Source: Octopus vulgaris
Lineage: Eukaryota
DNA length: 64,000 bases
NCBI GenBank assembly: GCA_951406725.2
Contig: OX597828.1
Coordinates: 27,466,001-27,530,000 of the forward strand
Direction: 5' to 3'
Part shown: positions 1 through 17,379 of the stretch, piece by piece
Numbering within the stretch: the stretch's first letter is position 1
Layout: every line of letters begins with the position of its first letter
Made by a program: the position numbers and the translations under genes
Notes under the pieces: model-generated
Seen by the model: the letters and a program-made list of their open reading frames with translations, nothing else
What the model was told of the DNA's origin: nothing
Database searches by the model: none

Positions 1-98
1 AATAAGTAGCAGGCTTTAAAAAACAAACGGTTCCTGCAAGTAGAAAATTCTTCAAAGCCCCAGCATCACTGCACTGATAAATGAAACAAGTAAAAGAT
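1..98 (+). mobile_element. Degenerate 3' end of tRNA-derived SINE family A
   Basis: aataagtagcaggct...ccccagcat...gaaacaagtaaaagat matches the 3' end of the intact copy at 57884-58325. Confidence 0.6.
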
Positions 99-799
99 CA
101 AAGCTATATACACTTATACATACACAAACATGGCAAGATACTTCAAAGTCACTGTCAAATTCTTCCTTGTAAAAATTGATAAAGACGCACTTTTACTAAA
201 AAGAATTGAATATTCTTTTGTATGTGTGAGTGTGTGTGTGTATGTGTTGTTAAAAAGGGGTTAACAATCCATAGAAATCAAAGGTTATAGGCAAAAAGTA
301 AAAATGGAAACATGACAGATATGTGTTTAAAGATTTTTCTTTATTATCAGTTGCGGTGTGAATGTTTGTCTTATAAAATATTGAAAATTCAAAATCAAGG
401 ATTAGGAAATAAGAAAACATTAAGAAATAATAAAAAAAATTGAGGAATATGGAAAATTGGAAATTAAAACAGTTTGTTCTCATAGTGTCCGTGTATGAAG
501 GGCATGTTTTTCTTGTATTGTGCCATTTCCTATGATGTTCTTTCTGTTGCATGCTGCCGCCTTTTCTCAACTAAGCTAATATTTCCTTCATCCTTTGAAT
601 GCGAACTGCATAATCGGTTGACATGTTTCCACGGAACATTGAAAATAAATGTCACACCTTGAATGCCTGTGACAGTTATTTACAACTCGCAAGAATTCTC
701 ACGACATGATGATACATACACTCACGCACACAATGGTACTCCACCATGGCCACATCCTTAGGGCTCAAACAGGTAAAAGAATACACACACATACATATG

Positions 800-838
<39 letters not shown>

Positions 839-892
839 GTGTGTTGGTGTGTTGTATGTGTGTGTGTGTGTGCGTATATATATATATTTATT

Positions 893-1033
893 TTTCTCTC
901 CCTGTTTTTTTCTGCGTTCATTTCTGTGGAAGAGCGTAGGCTCAAAATGATACAGAGTTCTTCATTTCCCAAGCATTAAACTAACACGTTTTTTGTCTAC
1001 TTGTTTGTTATTTTTTGTTTTTTTGTGAATACT

Positions 1034-1036
<3 letters not shown>
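893..1036 (+). mobile_element. (TA)n-abutting repeat family P (probable Penelope-like terminal repeat remnant), degenerate copy
   Basis: Contains ttctgtggaagagcgtaggctcaaaa and ends ...gtgaatactccc followed by (TA)n; homologous to the copies at 1396, 38290, 39920 and 53899. Confidence 0.6.
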
Positions 1037-1079
<43 letters not shown>

Positions 1080-1294
1080 GGTATTCACAAAAAAACAATA
1101 TATATATATATATATATATATCATTTGTAGAATACATAAATCCGGAGAAGAAGCACACTCTAAGATGTAGAGCAATATATATTAAAAGTGGAGAAGGCCA
1201 GTTTATGTGATTACCTTAGGTTTCCCGTCCATAAAGTGTTTAGCTTTATGACATACCATCAGACCCCAAAACCTGTTTGCCTAAGATCTCTTAC

Positions 1295-1357
<63 letters not shown>

Positions 1358-1395
1358 GATTCCCTTACAAGGCTTGTGTCAGTTTTGGTATGAAG

Positions 1396-1571
1396 TACGT
1401 TGGCCACTAGACACATTTTCTTCTCTCCTTGTTTTTACTGTGTCCCTTTCTGTAGAAGAGCATAGGCTCGAAACGTAAAAAAAAACTTTTTCTATTCCTG
1501 AGCATTATACTAATACATCTGTTTGTTTTGTACACCACCTGTCTTCGTCTTTTGTTTTTTTCGTAAACTCT

Positions 1572-1575
<4 letters not shown>
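1396..1575 (+). mobile_element. Repeat family P copy with hammerhead-like core
   Basis: Close match to 53925-54105; core ctttCTGTAGAaGAGCatagGCTCGAAAcgta; 3' end runs directly into (TA)n. Confidence 0.7.
1446..1481 (+). ncRNA. Minimal type I hammerhead-ribozyme-like motif (A6U core variant)
   Basis: CUGUAGA-A, stem II GAGC/GCUC with AUAG loop, GAAA, palindromic stem III ACGU, GUA triplet, short U/A stem I. Layout resembles the minimal hammerheads described in Penelope-like elements. Confidence 0.45.
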
Positions 1576-5456
<3,881 letters not shown>

Positions 5457-7878
5457 CTAATATCACATTATATGTTTTGTAGAATGATACATTAACGACC
5501 TTTTTTTAATGAGGACCACTGGATTAGTTGGATCCATATATTGTGGCTTAAATATATGTGTATGTGTATTTATATATATATGTGTGTGTGTGTGTATTTG
5601 CATGTGTGTGTTTTGTGTTTCTGTCTGTCTCATCACCACATGACAATCAGGGCTGGTTTGTTTACATCCCTGCAACTTAACAGAAACATTTTATTGATAA
5701 ATTCATGATACAAAAACTATTCTTATGCATAATCTTAGAATCTATAGGGAAACTAATCATCTTATTTACTCCATTAAATTTCATTAATACCTCGTTATGT
5801 AATTACTGAATCCTATTGTAAGGAACTTCAATTTTAATTCTCGTTGTTGGTTCTAGTTTTTTTACATCATTCTTTCTCATTTGGTTCTCTTCAGTGAAAT
5901 CCATTTTGTTGTGGTCATGGTGGTCATGTGAAACAGAGAAATTAACTATTAAGTAATAAAGACTTCGAATTTTTTATTGAAAATATTTTGAATTCAGTGG
6001 GGTTTTTTTGTTGATTTTTTTAGTTGAGACATTTTTTTACTCTTTTTTTATAGAAACCAATAAAAATTTGATATGATCGGCTCTATTTTCAATGTTGTTG
6101 TTAGTAGAGTTATGATTAAGATGAATCTTAATTTTTGCTGTTGCTAGTGCAGTTGTGATTCAGATCCATCCATCTTCTCTACCCACTATTTCTCTGAGGG
6201 TTGTGGAGGTAGAGTCCTCAGGCACCTCTTCCCTAAGGTCCCATCACAAGCAGCCATCATTGGACTTTTTGAGTCAAATACAAATACAAGCTTGGTCCTG
6301 GTATGGATCAGACCACCAAAACCTGCTGCATGAAAGGAATTCAAGAGAACATCATGTGGACTAAAATGAGGTAGAGGAATCCGTAAAAAAAGATATTGCT
6401 GTCTCTACCCAATGCTGGTACAACCAGCAATAATCCTGCAGCTTATTTTGAGAGGCATAGAGTTAGAACCCAAACGATGCATGGGATTAAAGCGAATTTT
6501 AAATTTTGTTGTTGTTAGTGTATTTGTGATTAAGATGAAGTAGTTTTCAGAAACGGACATGTTACCAAGGAATTTTGGATTGCATCCTGAAATTGAGGAT
6601 CAACTTTCACTTTCTTTTTTAGTGTAATATAGTTTTGAGTGCATTGATGAAATATTTGCATGTGTGATATGTGCATATAGACACTCACACGCACACACAC
6701 ATTTATCTATCTATTTATCTATATATATATATATATATATATATGGTACTCTGTTCACAACTCTATTAATTATATGATGTTGTTTAGACAAAACAAACCC
6801 GCTATAGTTACAATTTCTTTTTCCTTCATGGAAACTCCTTAAAATTATTGCACAAAGATTGGCTTTCAGTTAAACTTTTTTTTTTTAACTTAAAGGCTGT
6901 TCAAATCAGACTTTCTAAAATTGGATTCATTATTTGAAAATATTGATAATTCTATTAATCCTTCATCTGTCAAGAGTCCTGTATCCTGATTCTCACTTTA
7001 TATCACATTTTTATCCAGTTCTGTGCCAAGTGTATATTTAAAACACATCCGTCACTTGGTAATGTACTGGTCCATGTTGGCAGCAAGTCAGAGGTCATTT
7101 GACTCCAAATCATGGAAGGATTGTTGGTTGTTTATTTCATTCGTTAAACACTCTTTCATACTTTCTTTCACTCTTCCGATCCTCTCCCCTCTTTTTTACC
7201 ATTCCTTTTTATCTTCTGTATTTTTCTTTGCTTCTTTTTTATTACTTCACTACTCTTTCCTCTGTCTCTATCTATTGTTACTTCTTATATTTGCAAAATG
7301 TGGGTGCATTTGGTGATGTGCAAACAAAAACAATCATAGCTTAGAAAAAAGAAATGTGTTTTTCAACAAGCTTTAAAACCATATGTTCTGAAGAAGCTAT
7401 ATAAATACACATTTCTGTTAAAATATTATTAGTTATAATTATCATTTCTTCAGAAGAATTATTTTCCCTAAATTATCTCGTTCACATAAACACCTCTTTA
7501 CGTCTAGTTCAATATTCAATATAATGACATTGATTCCCAAAGATAGATTAATTAAATTCCTTAAAAGTTTACAGATTGGTGAAATTCCGGTCTCATTCCC
7601 AATACACTGCTGTGGCTGTTTATTATGTCTATTTTTTTTCTTAGCATTTTAATTCTCTCCTGTGAAAATAAAGTTAACCTCTTTGACTTTTTTTTATTCA
7701 TGTCTTACATAATGAATATAACAACACTTTATTAGAACCAATTTCGTAAGGCATTTTCCTGATACAATATCTTAGAAAACATTATCTTCAGAGGGAGATG
7801 ATAAATTCAGACAGAAGTTCTACAGCTGAGAATAACTCTGTCACTTAACAGCATCATTTTATAATTAGTCCCTTTAAC

Positions 7879-8085
7879 AAGGCGGCAAGCTGACAAAAAC
7901 ACTTCGGCCAAAATATTTAGTGGTCTTTCTTCTACATCTTTACATCCTGACTTCAAATTCTGCCAAAGTTGATTTTGTTCTTTACCCTTTTGGAGGTCAA
8001 TAAAAATAAGTACCAGTTGTGCACTGGGGTCGATGTAATTAACTAACACCATCACTACATAATTTCAGGCTTTGTACCTATAGTT
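7879..8085 (+). mobile_element. Degenerate tRNA-derived SINE family B
   Basis: aaggcggcaagctgacaaaaa...ttcaaattctgccaaagttgatttt...aagtaccagttgtgcactggggtcgatgtaatt aligns with 24589-24822. Confidence 0.75.
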
Positions 8086-8267
8086 AAAAAAAATAAATCT
8101 CTGTTACTAATATAATTTTTATTTCTACTAATACTTCATAAATAAGTTATGTAAATATGGACGTACAGTTTCATTTTATAGGACAATTAAATTCCATTTC
8201 TTGCTCCATTGATTTTCAAAAGCCATTACTTGTTCATGTCTAATAAAATGGCTGACAAAGAAAACTG

Positions 8268-8681
8268 GAATCTTTTCGGTTTGAACAGCAGTTTTTAACA
8301 TAATTTGTAGGTAACTAAAACATTTTAAACTTCGTATACTGGTAGAATGTGTTTATAAAACATCTTTTTTCTCTTGGCTTTATTGAGAAAATTCTATAGT
8401 TTGTAAGATATTTGTTGTCTTTTTTTCTTCAATTTCTGCAATTTCAACCAATCAATTACGCATATTGAGGTAAAAAAAACCTTCTTGCCGTATGAATATG
8501 TCCCTCGTTTAAGAAACAGATTGGGTTTATTTACATTTGTGAAGAAAAAAAGATACCCTTCCCCCCACCCCTAACCCTAAAACAGATTGAAATGCAATAG
8601 ATCGATACTAGGGTCATAATTATGGGTGACAATTTTATTTGACACCGCTAGAAAAATCTGCCGTTCAAACCAAAAAGATCC
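8268..8681. mobile_element. MITE with about 24-bp TIRs and 8-bp TSD
   Basis: Left TIR gaatcttttcggtttgaacagcag; right end ctgccgttcaaaccaaaaagatcc; GAAAACTG duplicated at 8260-8267 and 8682-8689. Confidence 0.85.
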
Positions 8682-10404
8682 GAAAACTGGAATAATAAAC
8701 AGAATAGTAGACATGCTGATGCTATGTTTTGATGTGACAGGTAATATTTAAAAAGAAGAATCTGTGAAGGATTTTTGAACAGATGACACAACTAAATGGT
8801 ATTGAAGAAATGCTAAGCTAGAGCTCATGAGGTAATACAAAACAGTCTCAAGTTCAAAAGATTAAAGGAGAAATGCTGATGGTGAACTGACTAATTCTTA
8901 GATAAACTTCTTTTGGAAGATGACCAATTTCTTGTGAGGTTGTTGTTAGGACAGAGTACAAACTGCCTCTTTATGCAACTCAACTGATAATTTAACCTTT
9001 AGGCTATTTACATTGGCTATTTTTATCCCTATTTTTTTAATGGCTTCTTTTTTGTCCATTTAAATCTGAAAATGAATTTGGTAAAATCTTTCAAGCTTCC
9101 TAGTGAGACTACTAGTATTTTGAAATGATTCATTTGACTCATTTCACCTTGTCTGCTTTGCTTGTAGTTACCTCCATTTCTTAGATATGATTTGCCAAAT
9201 TTCTGTCAGCCAAAGACTTACCTTGTTAACCTAATGGCCACAACATGTCATTTTATTTGAACTTATTACAAGATACCAATTTAAACCAGTGTCTTCCTTT
9301 GAATAATTTTAGTTGAAGATGTACTAATGGCTATCTTCTTCATATATCTGGCTGCATTTCATATCAAATATAACTATATTAGGAGACACAATGATCTTAG
9401 CCAATCATTGCTTACTGCACATAGCTATCCTATACTATAAACAATCTTCTCCAATGGCTATCCTTTTCAAATAGCTAAAGTAGCAACTATAATAATCTTG
9501 TTGTAGGACCTCCATCAACACAGCTAAACCAGATGTAATAAGCAACAGAAATATTTTTTCTATTGTTTTGATTGTTTTAGAGTTATTTCTTGTGCACATT
9601 TATTTAATTATATATTTTAATGCACTTTGAAGTAAGACCTAACATATTTCAGCTAGTATTGGTAACATTTTCTATCTAAATGGCTATGAAATCTGGTATA
9701 AATAAATATATAGCTGTAAATACAGAGAATTACAAATAATTGTTCCAGTACTCGGTATTTATGTAAATGTACCTGAAAACAAAACCATATTTATATGATT
9801 GTTGCTTTTTTTTCATTTCCTCTCAAAGCATGTCATTAAAGAATGCCAAAAAGTATTTTTTTGAAATATTTATTTTTTTTTATTTGATTTCAAAAATGTT
9901 ATAATTGATTATATTGGAATTTCTTTTAATAATTAAAAAAAAAAAAAATGTTATTGTTCTTTTTTTTCTCCTCTGTTAATCAAAGAAAAAGTTACTTTAA
10001 AAGAGGAATAACAAAGATGAATTTTACACCAATAACAAGTTGGTGTTAAAATCATCTGTTATTCAAATGCTAAACATCCTATAATTACTGCTGTGTGTCC
10101 GTCTTGCTTGTAATATCATTGATATGCAGTTTTGATCTCTATATCAAACATGAGTTCTCGTTGTTAAGTTGTGAGAATATGAAAAATTGAAAGCAGGTTC
10201 AATTATTTTATGCAGCTTTTTTTAGCTTTTTTTTTTTAATATTCTATCTATCAATTACTCAGTGCTTATTAAATGAACATCACGTACATAACTGAGTCAA
10301 TCATTTTTGCTTTGATTTCTGTGCCTGAGTCCTCTAAAAACCCCTATTTAGTTGAGTTTATTAAGACATTTTGTATTGAAGTTAGATAAGCAGTATTATC
10401 CAGT

Positions 10405-10594
10405 ATCATCATTATCATCATCATCATCGTTTAGCGTCCGTTTTCCATGCTAGCATGGGTTGGACGGTTCTACTGGGGTCTGTGAAGCCAGAAGGCTTCA
10501 TCAGGCCCAGTCAAATCTGGCAGTGTTTCTACGGCTGGATGCCCTTCCTAACGCCAACCACTCCGTGAGTGTAGTGGGTGCTTTTTACGTGCCA
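10405..10594 (-). mobile_element. 5'-truncated RTE LINE 3' end with (GAT)n tail
   Basis: (cat)n gtttagcgtccgttttccatgctagc...ggatgcccttcctaacgccaaccac; the family is linked to an RTE ORF end at 48548-48972. Confidence 0.85.
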
Positions 10595-10604
10595 TATATA
10601 TATG

Positions 10605-10900
10605 TGGAGGCGCAATGGCCTAGTGGTTCGGGCAGCGGAATTGCGGTCGCAGGATCACGGTTTCGATTCCCAGACCGGGTGTTGTGAGTGTTTATTGAGT
10701 GAAAACACCTAAAGCTTCACGAGGCTCCAGCAGGGGGTGGTGGCGATCCCTGCTGTACTCTTTTGCCACAACTTTCTCTCACTTTTCCTTCTGTTAGCCT
10801 GCTCGCTTAGCCAGTGGGGTGGCATCATTTGAAGGCTAAAACAATGCAAAGTGCATTGTGACCAGTGATGTGTAGCAACATCTGGTTGGTCACGGTGATA
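10605..10900 (+). mobile_element. tRNA-derived SINE family C, embedded in (TA)n
   Basis: A box TGGCCTAGTGG, B box GGTTTCGATTCCC; (TA)n on both sides; 3' part matches 37672-37791. Confidence 0.85.
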
Positions 10901-11145
10901 TATATATATATTTACAGAATAAATTCTACACTATGAACTATATGTTATTTTCCTTCTAATTTCTCTCTCCACCTTTGTACAAAATTAAGCTAGCTACCTC
11001 CTAATATCAGGAATTTTCCCAGCTTTTTTAAACCAGTAAATATTTTGTCCTCACTGATTTGTTACTGTTAATATGAAGTTTTTTTGCTTTTTCTATCAAA
11101 TTTATTAATTTTCCTGAATAGAATATTACTTATCATTACAAGAGT

Positions 11146-11551
11146 TACTTTACTTTACTTTTACTTGTTTCAGTCATTTGACTGCGGCCATGCTGGAGCA
11201 CCGCCTTTAGTCAAGGAAATCGACCCCGGGACTTATTCTTTGTAAGCCCAGTACTTATTCTATCGGTCTCTTTTTGCCGAACCGCTAAGTGACGGGGACG
11301 TAAACACACCAGTATCAGTTGTCAAGCAATGCTAGGGGGACAAACACAGACACACAAACATACATATATATATATATATACATACATACGACAGGCTTCT
11401 TTCAGTTTCCGTCTACCAAATCCACTCACAAGGCTTTGGTCGGCCCGAGGCTATAGTAGAAGACAATTGCCCAAGATGCCACGCAGTGGGACTGAACCCG
11501 GAACCATGTAGTTCATAAGCAAGCTACTTACCACACAGCCACTCCTGCGCC
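11146..11551 (-). mobile_element. Full-length tRNA-derived SINE family A
   Basis: Minus strand begins GGCGCAGGAGTGGCTGTGTGG (A box), then GGTTCAGTCCC (B box), CORE-like ttgggcaattgtctt, an internal microsatellite and a (GTAAA)n tail. Confidence 0.92.
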
Positions 11552-11792
11552 TATGTTGTATATACTTTTTTTTTTCTTTTTGTATCCCACCAGATTTTCA
11601 GGCTTAAGTTGTTGATTCTTTACACAGTTTAAAGATGCTGGATTTTTCTCATATTTGAACTGACACACCATTTTTGATTATTGTTTCTTAAATTGCTTTG
11701 TGGCATATTGGGTAGGTATCTTCTACTATAGCCTTCGCTCAACCAAAGTCTTGTGTGTGGATTTGGTAAACAGAAATGGAAAGAACCCATCG

Positions 11793-11821
<29 letters not shown>

Positions 11822-11823
<2 letters not shown>

Positions 11824-12087
11824 CATCATCATTTAATGTCTGTTTTCTATGCTGGCATGTGTTGGACAGGTTGACTGGGGTCTGGGAAGCCAAGAGGCTG
11901 CACCAGGCTCCTGTCTGATCTAGCAGTGTTTCTACAGCTGGGTGCCCTTCCTAATGCCAACCACTCTGAGAGTGTAGTGGGTGCTTTTTACATGCCACCG
12001 GCACAGGGGCCAGAGGGGCTGGCATCTGCCACTATCGGATGGTGCTTTTTACATGCCACTGGCATAGAAGCCAGTCAAGGTGGCACT
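11822..12087 (-). mobile_element. RTE LINE 3' end with two internal repeat units
   Basis: (cat)n tail, gcccttcctaatgccaaccac motif, and two ggtgcttttacatgccac units. Confidence 0.85.
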
Positions 12088-12299
12088 ATTTATGTACCCG
12101 GTTTTAAAAAAAGTGGTAAGTATGAGGATCGATTCATTGGGTTAAAAATTCTATGTCCCAATTTACCACAAAGCATCGGTCAATTTAGAGTTGTAGAAGA
12201 CACTCAACACACAGCACGTTGCGATTGAACCCAAAATATATTTGTGTGTGCGTTTTTGTCTGAATTAATTTTTTTTTTTTTTAAAGATTGTTTCTTATT

Positions 12300-12375
12300 C
12301 TGTAAGTCTTTTTTATGAACCGCCAAGTTAATAAGACATAAACAAACAAAAATTTCACACACACATATGTGTATC

Positions 12376-12415
<40 letters not shown>

Positions 12416-12604
12416 TATATATATATATGCACACACACACACTCACACATGACAAGCTTCTATACAGCTTTCATTCACCAAATCCACTCAGAAGGCTTTA
12501 GTCAGCCTGGGGCTATATTACAAGACACTAATTCAAGGTGCCACATAGTGCGAGTGAACCCAGAACTATGTGGGCGGGAAGCAAACTTCTTACCACGTAG
12601 CCAC
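12300..12604 (-). mobile_element. Degenerate SINE family A
   Basis: caaatccactcagaaggcttt...gaacccagaactatgtgg...cttaccacgtagccac. Confidence 0.8.
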
Positions 12605-12970
12605 ATCTTTGTCTAAAAGCCCAAATTTCTTAAATAGCCAAAGCAAATTCAATGATGGTCACTTCTGTCCAAATGGAGGAATAGTAAAGTAAAAGCCAGC
12701 AAACATAACCTGCAAATACCCTTCCCTACACAAAAGCCATATTGGGAAAACAAAAAAACAAAAAAAGAATTGAAACATAAATTAATATCTGGTATAGGCC
12801 CAAAACTAGCTTCTTTGAATAGTATCTGAGTAGTAACTATAGTGTGGCTGTATTGAATGTGTCACTGCCTGGGAGGTGAGTGTCTGTTGATTACCCTCTC
12901 TAGTTTCACTTTCAAGTATTATTTAAAATCCACACTTTAAACATATGTACTCAATATATATACATATATG

Positions 12971-13012
<42 letters not shown>

Positions 13013-13088
13013 TACATATATTTATATGTATAAATACATATATATATAAGTATATATATATGTGTATGTATATATACATACATATATT

Positions 13089-13130
<42 letters not shown>

Positions 13131-16100
13131 ATATATATATATACACACCCATATATATGTGTGTGTGTTTATGTACATGTCTTTATATGCATGTGCATAT
13201 ATATCTAATATTTTTGAACTTATATCACTAATTTGTTTTGTTTTTGTTTGTTCTTTGTTTTAATTTGTTTTTACTTTTTTTTTTTGCTAAAATAATGGAA
13301 GGATATTTCATTTTCAATTAAAATCTCAACAACTTTCTTAACTCTAAGAATTTTATCTTTACAAAATAAATTGAAAAGGATATGTGGAAAAAAAAAAACT
13401 TTTTTTTCTTCTTGTTTTGTGTTTCATAATTTTGGTGCAAATGAGTAAATATATTCCAAAGATGAAACTTCAAATCTACTATATCTGAATTTGGTTTATG
13501 TCAAGGGAATGTTGTGAACTTACAGAAAATTAGACTATAATAAACTTAACGAGTGATTTAATCAGCTTTAGATTTGTACTTCTTGGCTAGCATCAGTAAC
13601 AAATTAATTTGAACAAGAAATATGCTTTCACTCACCTATAGATAAAAATTTAATCAATATTTTATGTAATTATTTTTCTAAGACAAAATGTGTGTGTGTG
13701 TGTGTGTGTGCATGTGTGCATGCGTTATTCATAAACCATATTCAACCTAATCAGAAATGCTGTAGAACCAAAAAAGAAAACAAGTTTAATTTTGGTTTTC
13801 TGTTTCATTTATTTGTTTTATTTATTTTTATCCCTTTTACAAACCTTTTTCCATGTTAGCATGTGTTACAGTCTTCTACAAATGCTAACATTAAAAATGA
13901 GTTATATGTGCAGGTATTTTCAATGAATTGATAGATTTTCTAACATTAGCAACTCAACCATGTTGGACTTGAACTCATGACCTCTAGGTCGGTAGTCCAG
14001 CACTTTTATTGCTCAGTCAATATTAATTTTTAGCAAATTTATTAATAAATCGAGGAATAATTTGAATTTCAGTTAGTTTAAAATATTTATTTTTCTGTAT
14101 TTTGGGGTTGTTTTTCTTGTTTTCTTCTATCAAGAAATATTCAACATTATTTCAAAACAAATACTTCAAATTCTTTTTTCTCTGCTATCAATGTAAAAAC
14201 CGGTGATCATGTATGCTCTTTTTTTTTTACCCACCCCCTAATAATTTCCAGTTGAAACAAAGCCAAACCAAACCAAACAAAACAAGACCATCAGGCATTA
14301 TTTTTCTTTGTTGCCTAGCAATCATCCTAACTACATCTTCTAAATGATTTCATCATCGTTGTTCTTGCCATCATCATCATCATAATCTTCCTGGTCTTTC
14401 ATCATCATCATCATTAATTACAAGTCTCTGAATATAGTTTCCTTTGACTATATTTCTTTGCTTTTTCAATTTAACCTTAATTGATTGACCTGTCAATCAC
14501 CCACTGAACTATTTGACAAATCCAATTAGGTTGACTCCATATTAAACCATGACCTGCTTTGCCAACTTTAGACTTTTTGGATATTGGTCAATCTTGTTTG
14601 CAGCTAGTATTATTTATAAATCTATTTTATTTTCTTGTCTGTATTTTTTTTATCCACAAATAAATATAGAAGGGCCACCACAATAAGATAAAGCTTTATT
14701 TTGTAGGTCCTTGATTTGACCAGCTTCAACATACTTTGATCAACAACAAAACTAGTTTGTTGGGCTCTTCTTAATCTCCAGGGGTTTCCTTTTAATATAT
14801 TCACTTCTTTTTATCCCTTCTCAGTTTTAGTTTTCAATTCAATATACCTGTAGTTTTTTTTATTATGATACAAGATTGTAATTTCTGAAATAAAAACTAA
14901 AAATAAAAAAAAATTCTAATCTATTAAAAGGAAAATAAAAGTTTAGAATATGTTAATTTTAAAATGAAAAATTAAAGAAAACAAAAACTATAACTGTATC
15001 TTCATAAGAATAGAGTATTCTTTAATATTATGTAGCTGAATATTATGGCTAACGTATATTTCTATGAATTAGTTTAAAGTTTGAATGTGTAAAATCTAAG
15101 ATTGGAGCTGTTCTGTGATAAGTTTTGTCTTAACTACTGTTATTCATTTTGTTCTTCAGTTTCAATTTGATTTTTTATTTTATTCGTAAGACACCTTTTG
15201 GAATTGTATTAGTTCAAGTAGCCAACTTTTGATTCCACATCTCTTTTCATTCTTTACTTTCCTACAGTCTGTCTAGGTTTTTTGTCTCCTAAAAGACAAT
15301 TGAGTTCTTTTAATTGAGCTCAACTCTCAAATCAAGTTGAATGCCATTCTCTTCTGCCAAGTGTTTGCAAATGATCAAAAGAAATCCAAGTTGCTAGCAG
15401 GCATAATGTTTTAGCAGTTGGGAAGGTCCTGGGCGGACATGAGTCTACATTACCTAACATGGCTGCTGACCCATGAACCATTTCACTTAATATTCACCAG
15501 TTTCTTTCAGTGCGTCTGATTCTATAAAACATTCTTTTGTCTTGTTGAAGACAGCTGTCTTGTTATTATGACATTTGCAATTCTATTTCTATTAAAGTTA
15601 TCCTAGGATGATTTCCTTGAGCTAACCATCTTGGTTTTGGTTTTGCATACCTTGTAGCAAAGTTGATCAAAGAACTACTTATTTACAGCACTGGAATTCT
15701 TTAAAAGATTTTTCACTTATGTTCAAGGTTTTTGGTATAATTTCTTTTTCTAATTTTTCTTTTTCTTTTTTTTCTCCTCATTCATTCAGCCACTCTACCA
15801 AGAAGCTCTTTTTAAAACCACCTGGATTCTACCAATATATTTCCTCTTTATACTTTTATACAATTCTCTAAAGGGAAAACTTTGAGAAAACAATCAGATT
15901 CACTTCTTTACTACTGAAGATAATGGATATACATGTATTTTTTAAATTCTTCATGATATGTATCCCCTGTTAAGACAATTTCTTCACTAACTTAATACAT
16001 TTAAGATTACAAATATTTTCTTTTCCATTTTTCTTTTTTTACAGCTTTATTAGTTAGCTTCATTATATATCATCTAATGCAACCCAAATTAAAAGAAGAA

Positions 16101-16202
16101 ACAAACATTTCTAAATATTTTTTTTCTAAATTTTCTTTTCATATCCATAACAAATGTGCTTTCATTATAATAATAAACACTATAAATACAGTTTAAATAA
16201 AA

Positions 16203-16278
<76 letters not shown>

Positions 16279-16484
16279 TTGTGCTACTATGTCTAGAGGG
16301 AGTCATTATGCCAATATTAACACAATCACTATTTCATAGAATCAGACACATTGAAAGAAACAGTGCGTGTGTTGTCTAGGGGAAGCCATATTGGTATAAT
16401 GACTTTCCCTAGACTCAACAAGATTTGTTTCAACACTCAAATTCACATAAAGAATCTTACAATACAGATACAAAATCAATATGA

Positions 16485-16485
<1 letters not shown>

Positions 16486-16557
<72 letters not shown>

Positions 16558-16831
16558 ATATATATATATATATATATGAAATGTATATATATGTGTGTAT
16601 ATATATATATATGTACGTATATATATGTGTGTATATATATACATATATATATATATATATGTATGTATATATATATGTGTGTATATCTATATATATATAT
16701 GTATGTATATATGTGTATATATATATATATGTATGTATATATATGTGTGTATATCTATATATATATATGTATGTATATATGTGTATATATATATGTATGT
16801 ATATATATGTGTGTATATATATATATATATA

Positions 16832-16870
<39 letters not shown>

Positions 16871-17137
16871 ATATGTGTGTATATATATATATGTATGTAT
16901 ATATGTGTGCATATATATATGTGTGTGTATATATATGTGTGTATATATATATATATGTGTGTATATATATATGTATATATATATATATATGTGTGTATAT
17001 ATATATGGGTGTACATATATATATGTGTATGTATATATATATGTATATATATATGATGATGATGATGATGATGTATGTATATATATGTGTATATATATGT
17101 ATATATATATGTATGTATATATATATGCATGTATATA

Positions 17138-17186
<49 letters not shown>

Positions 17187-17321
17187 ATGTATGTATATAT
17201 ATATATGAATATATGTATGTATATATATATATATATGTATGTATATTTGTATGTATGTATGTATACATGTATATATATATATATATATGTATAAATATGT
17301 ATATATATGTATAAATATGTA

Positions 17322-17379
<58 letters not shown>
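16486..17379. repeat. (TA)n/(TATG)n microsatellite field
   Basis: Directly visible. Confidence 0.95.

Noticed and set aside
664-771. Small ORF MPVTVIYNSQ...PPWPHP and donor at 772
   Set aside because: No recognisable product, and frame and exon start are ambiguous.
8569-8580. Interstitial telomere
   Set aside because: Only two CCCTAA units, and they lie inside a MITE.
10605-10680. tRNA gene
   Set aside because: A and B boxes are present, but the sequence continues into a SINE body and no convincing cloverleaf forms; the same applies to the SINE A, B and D heads.
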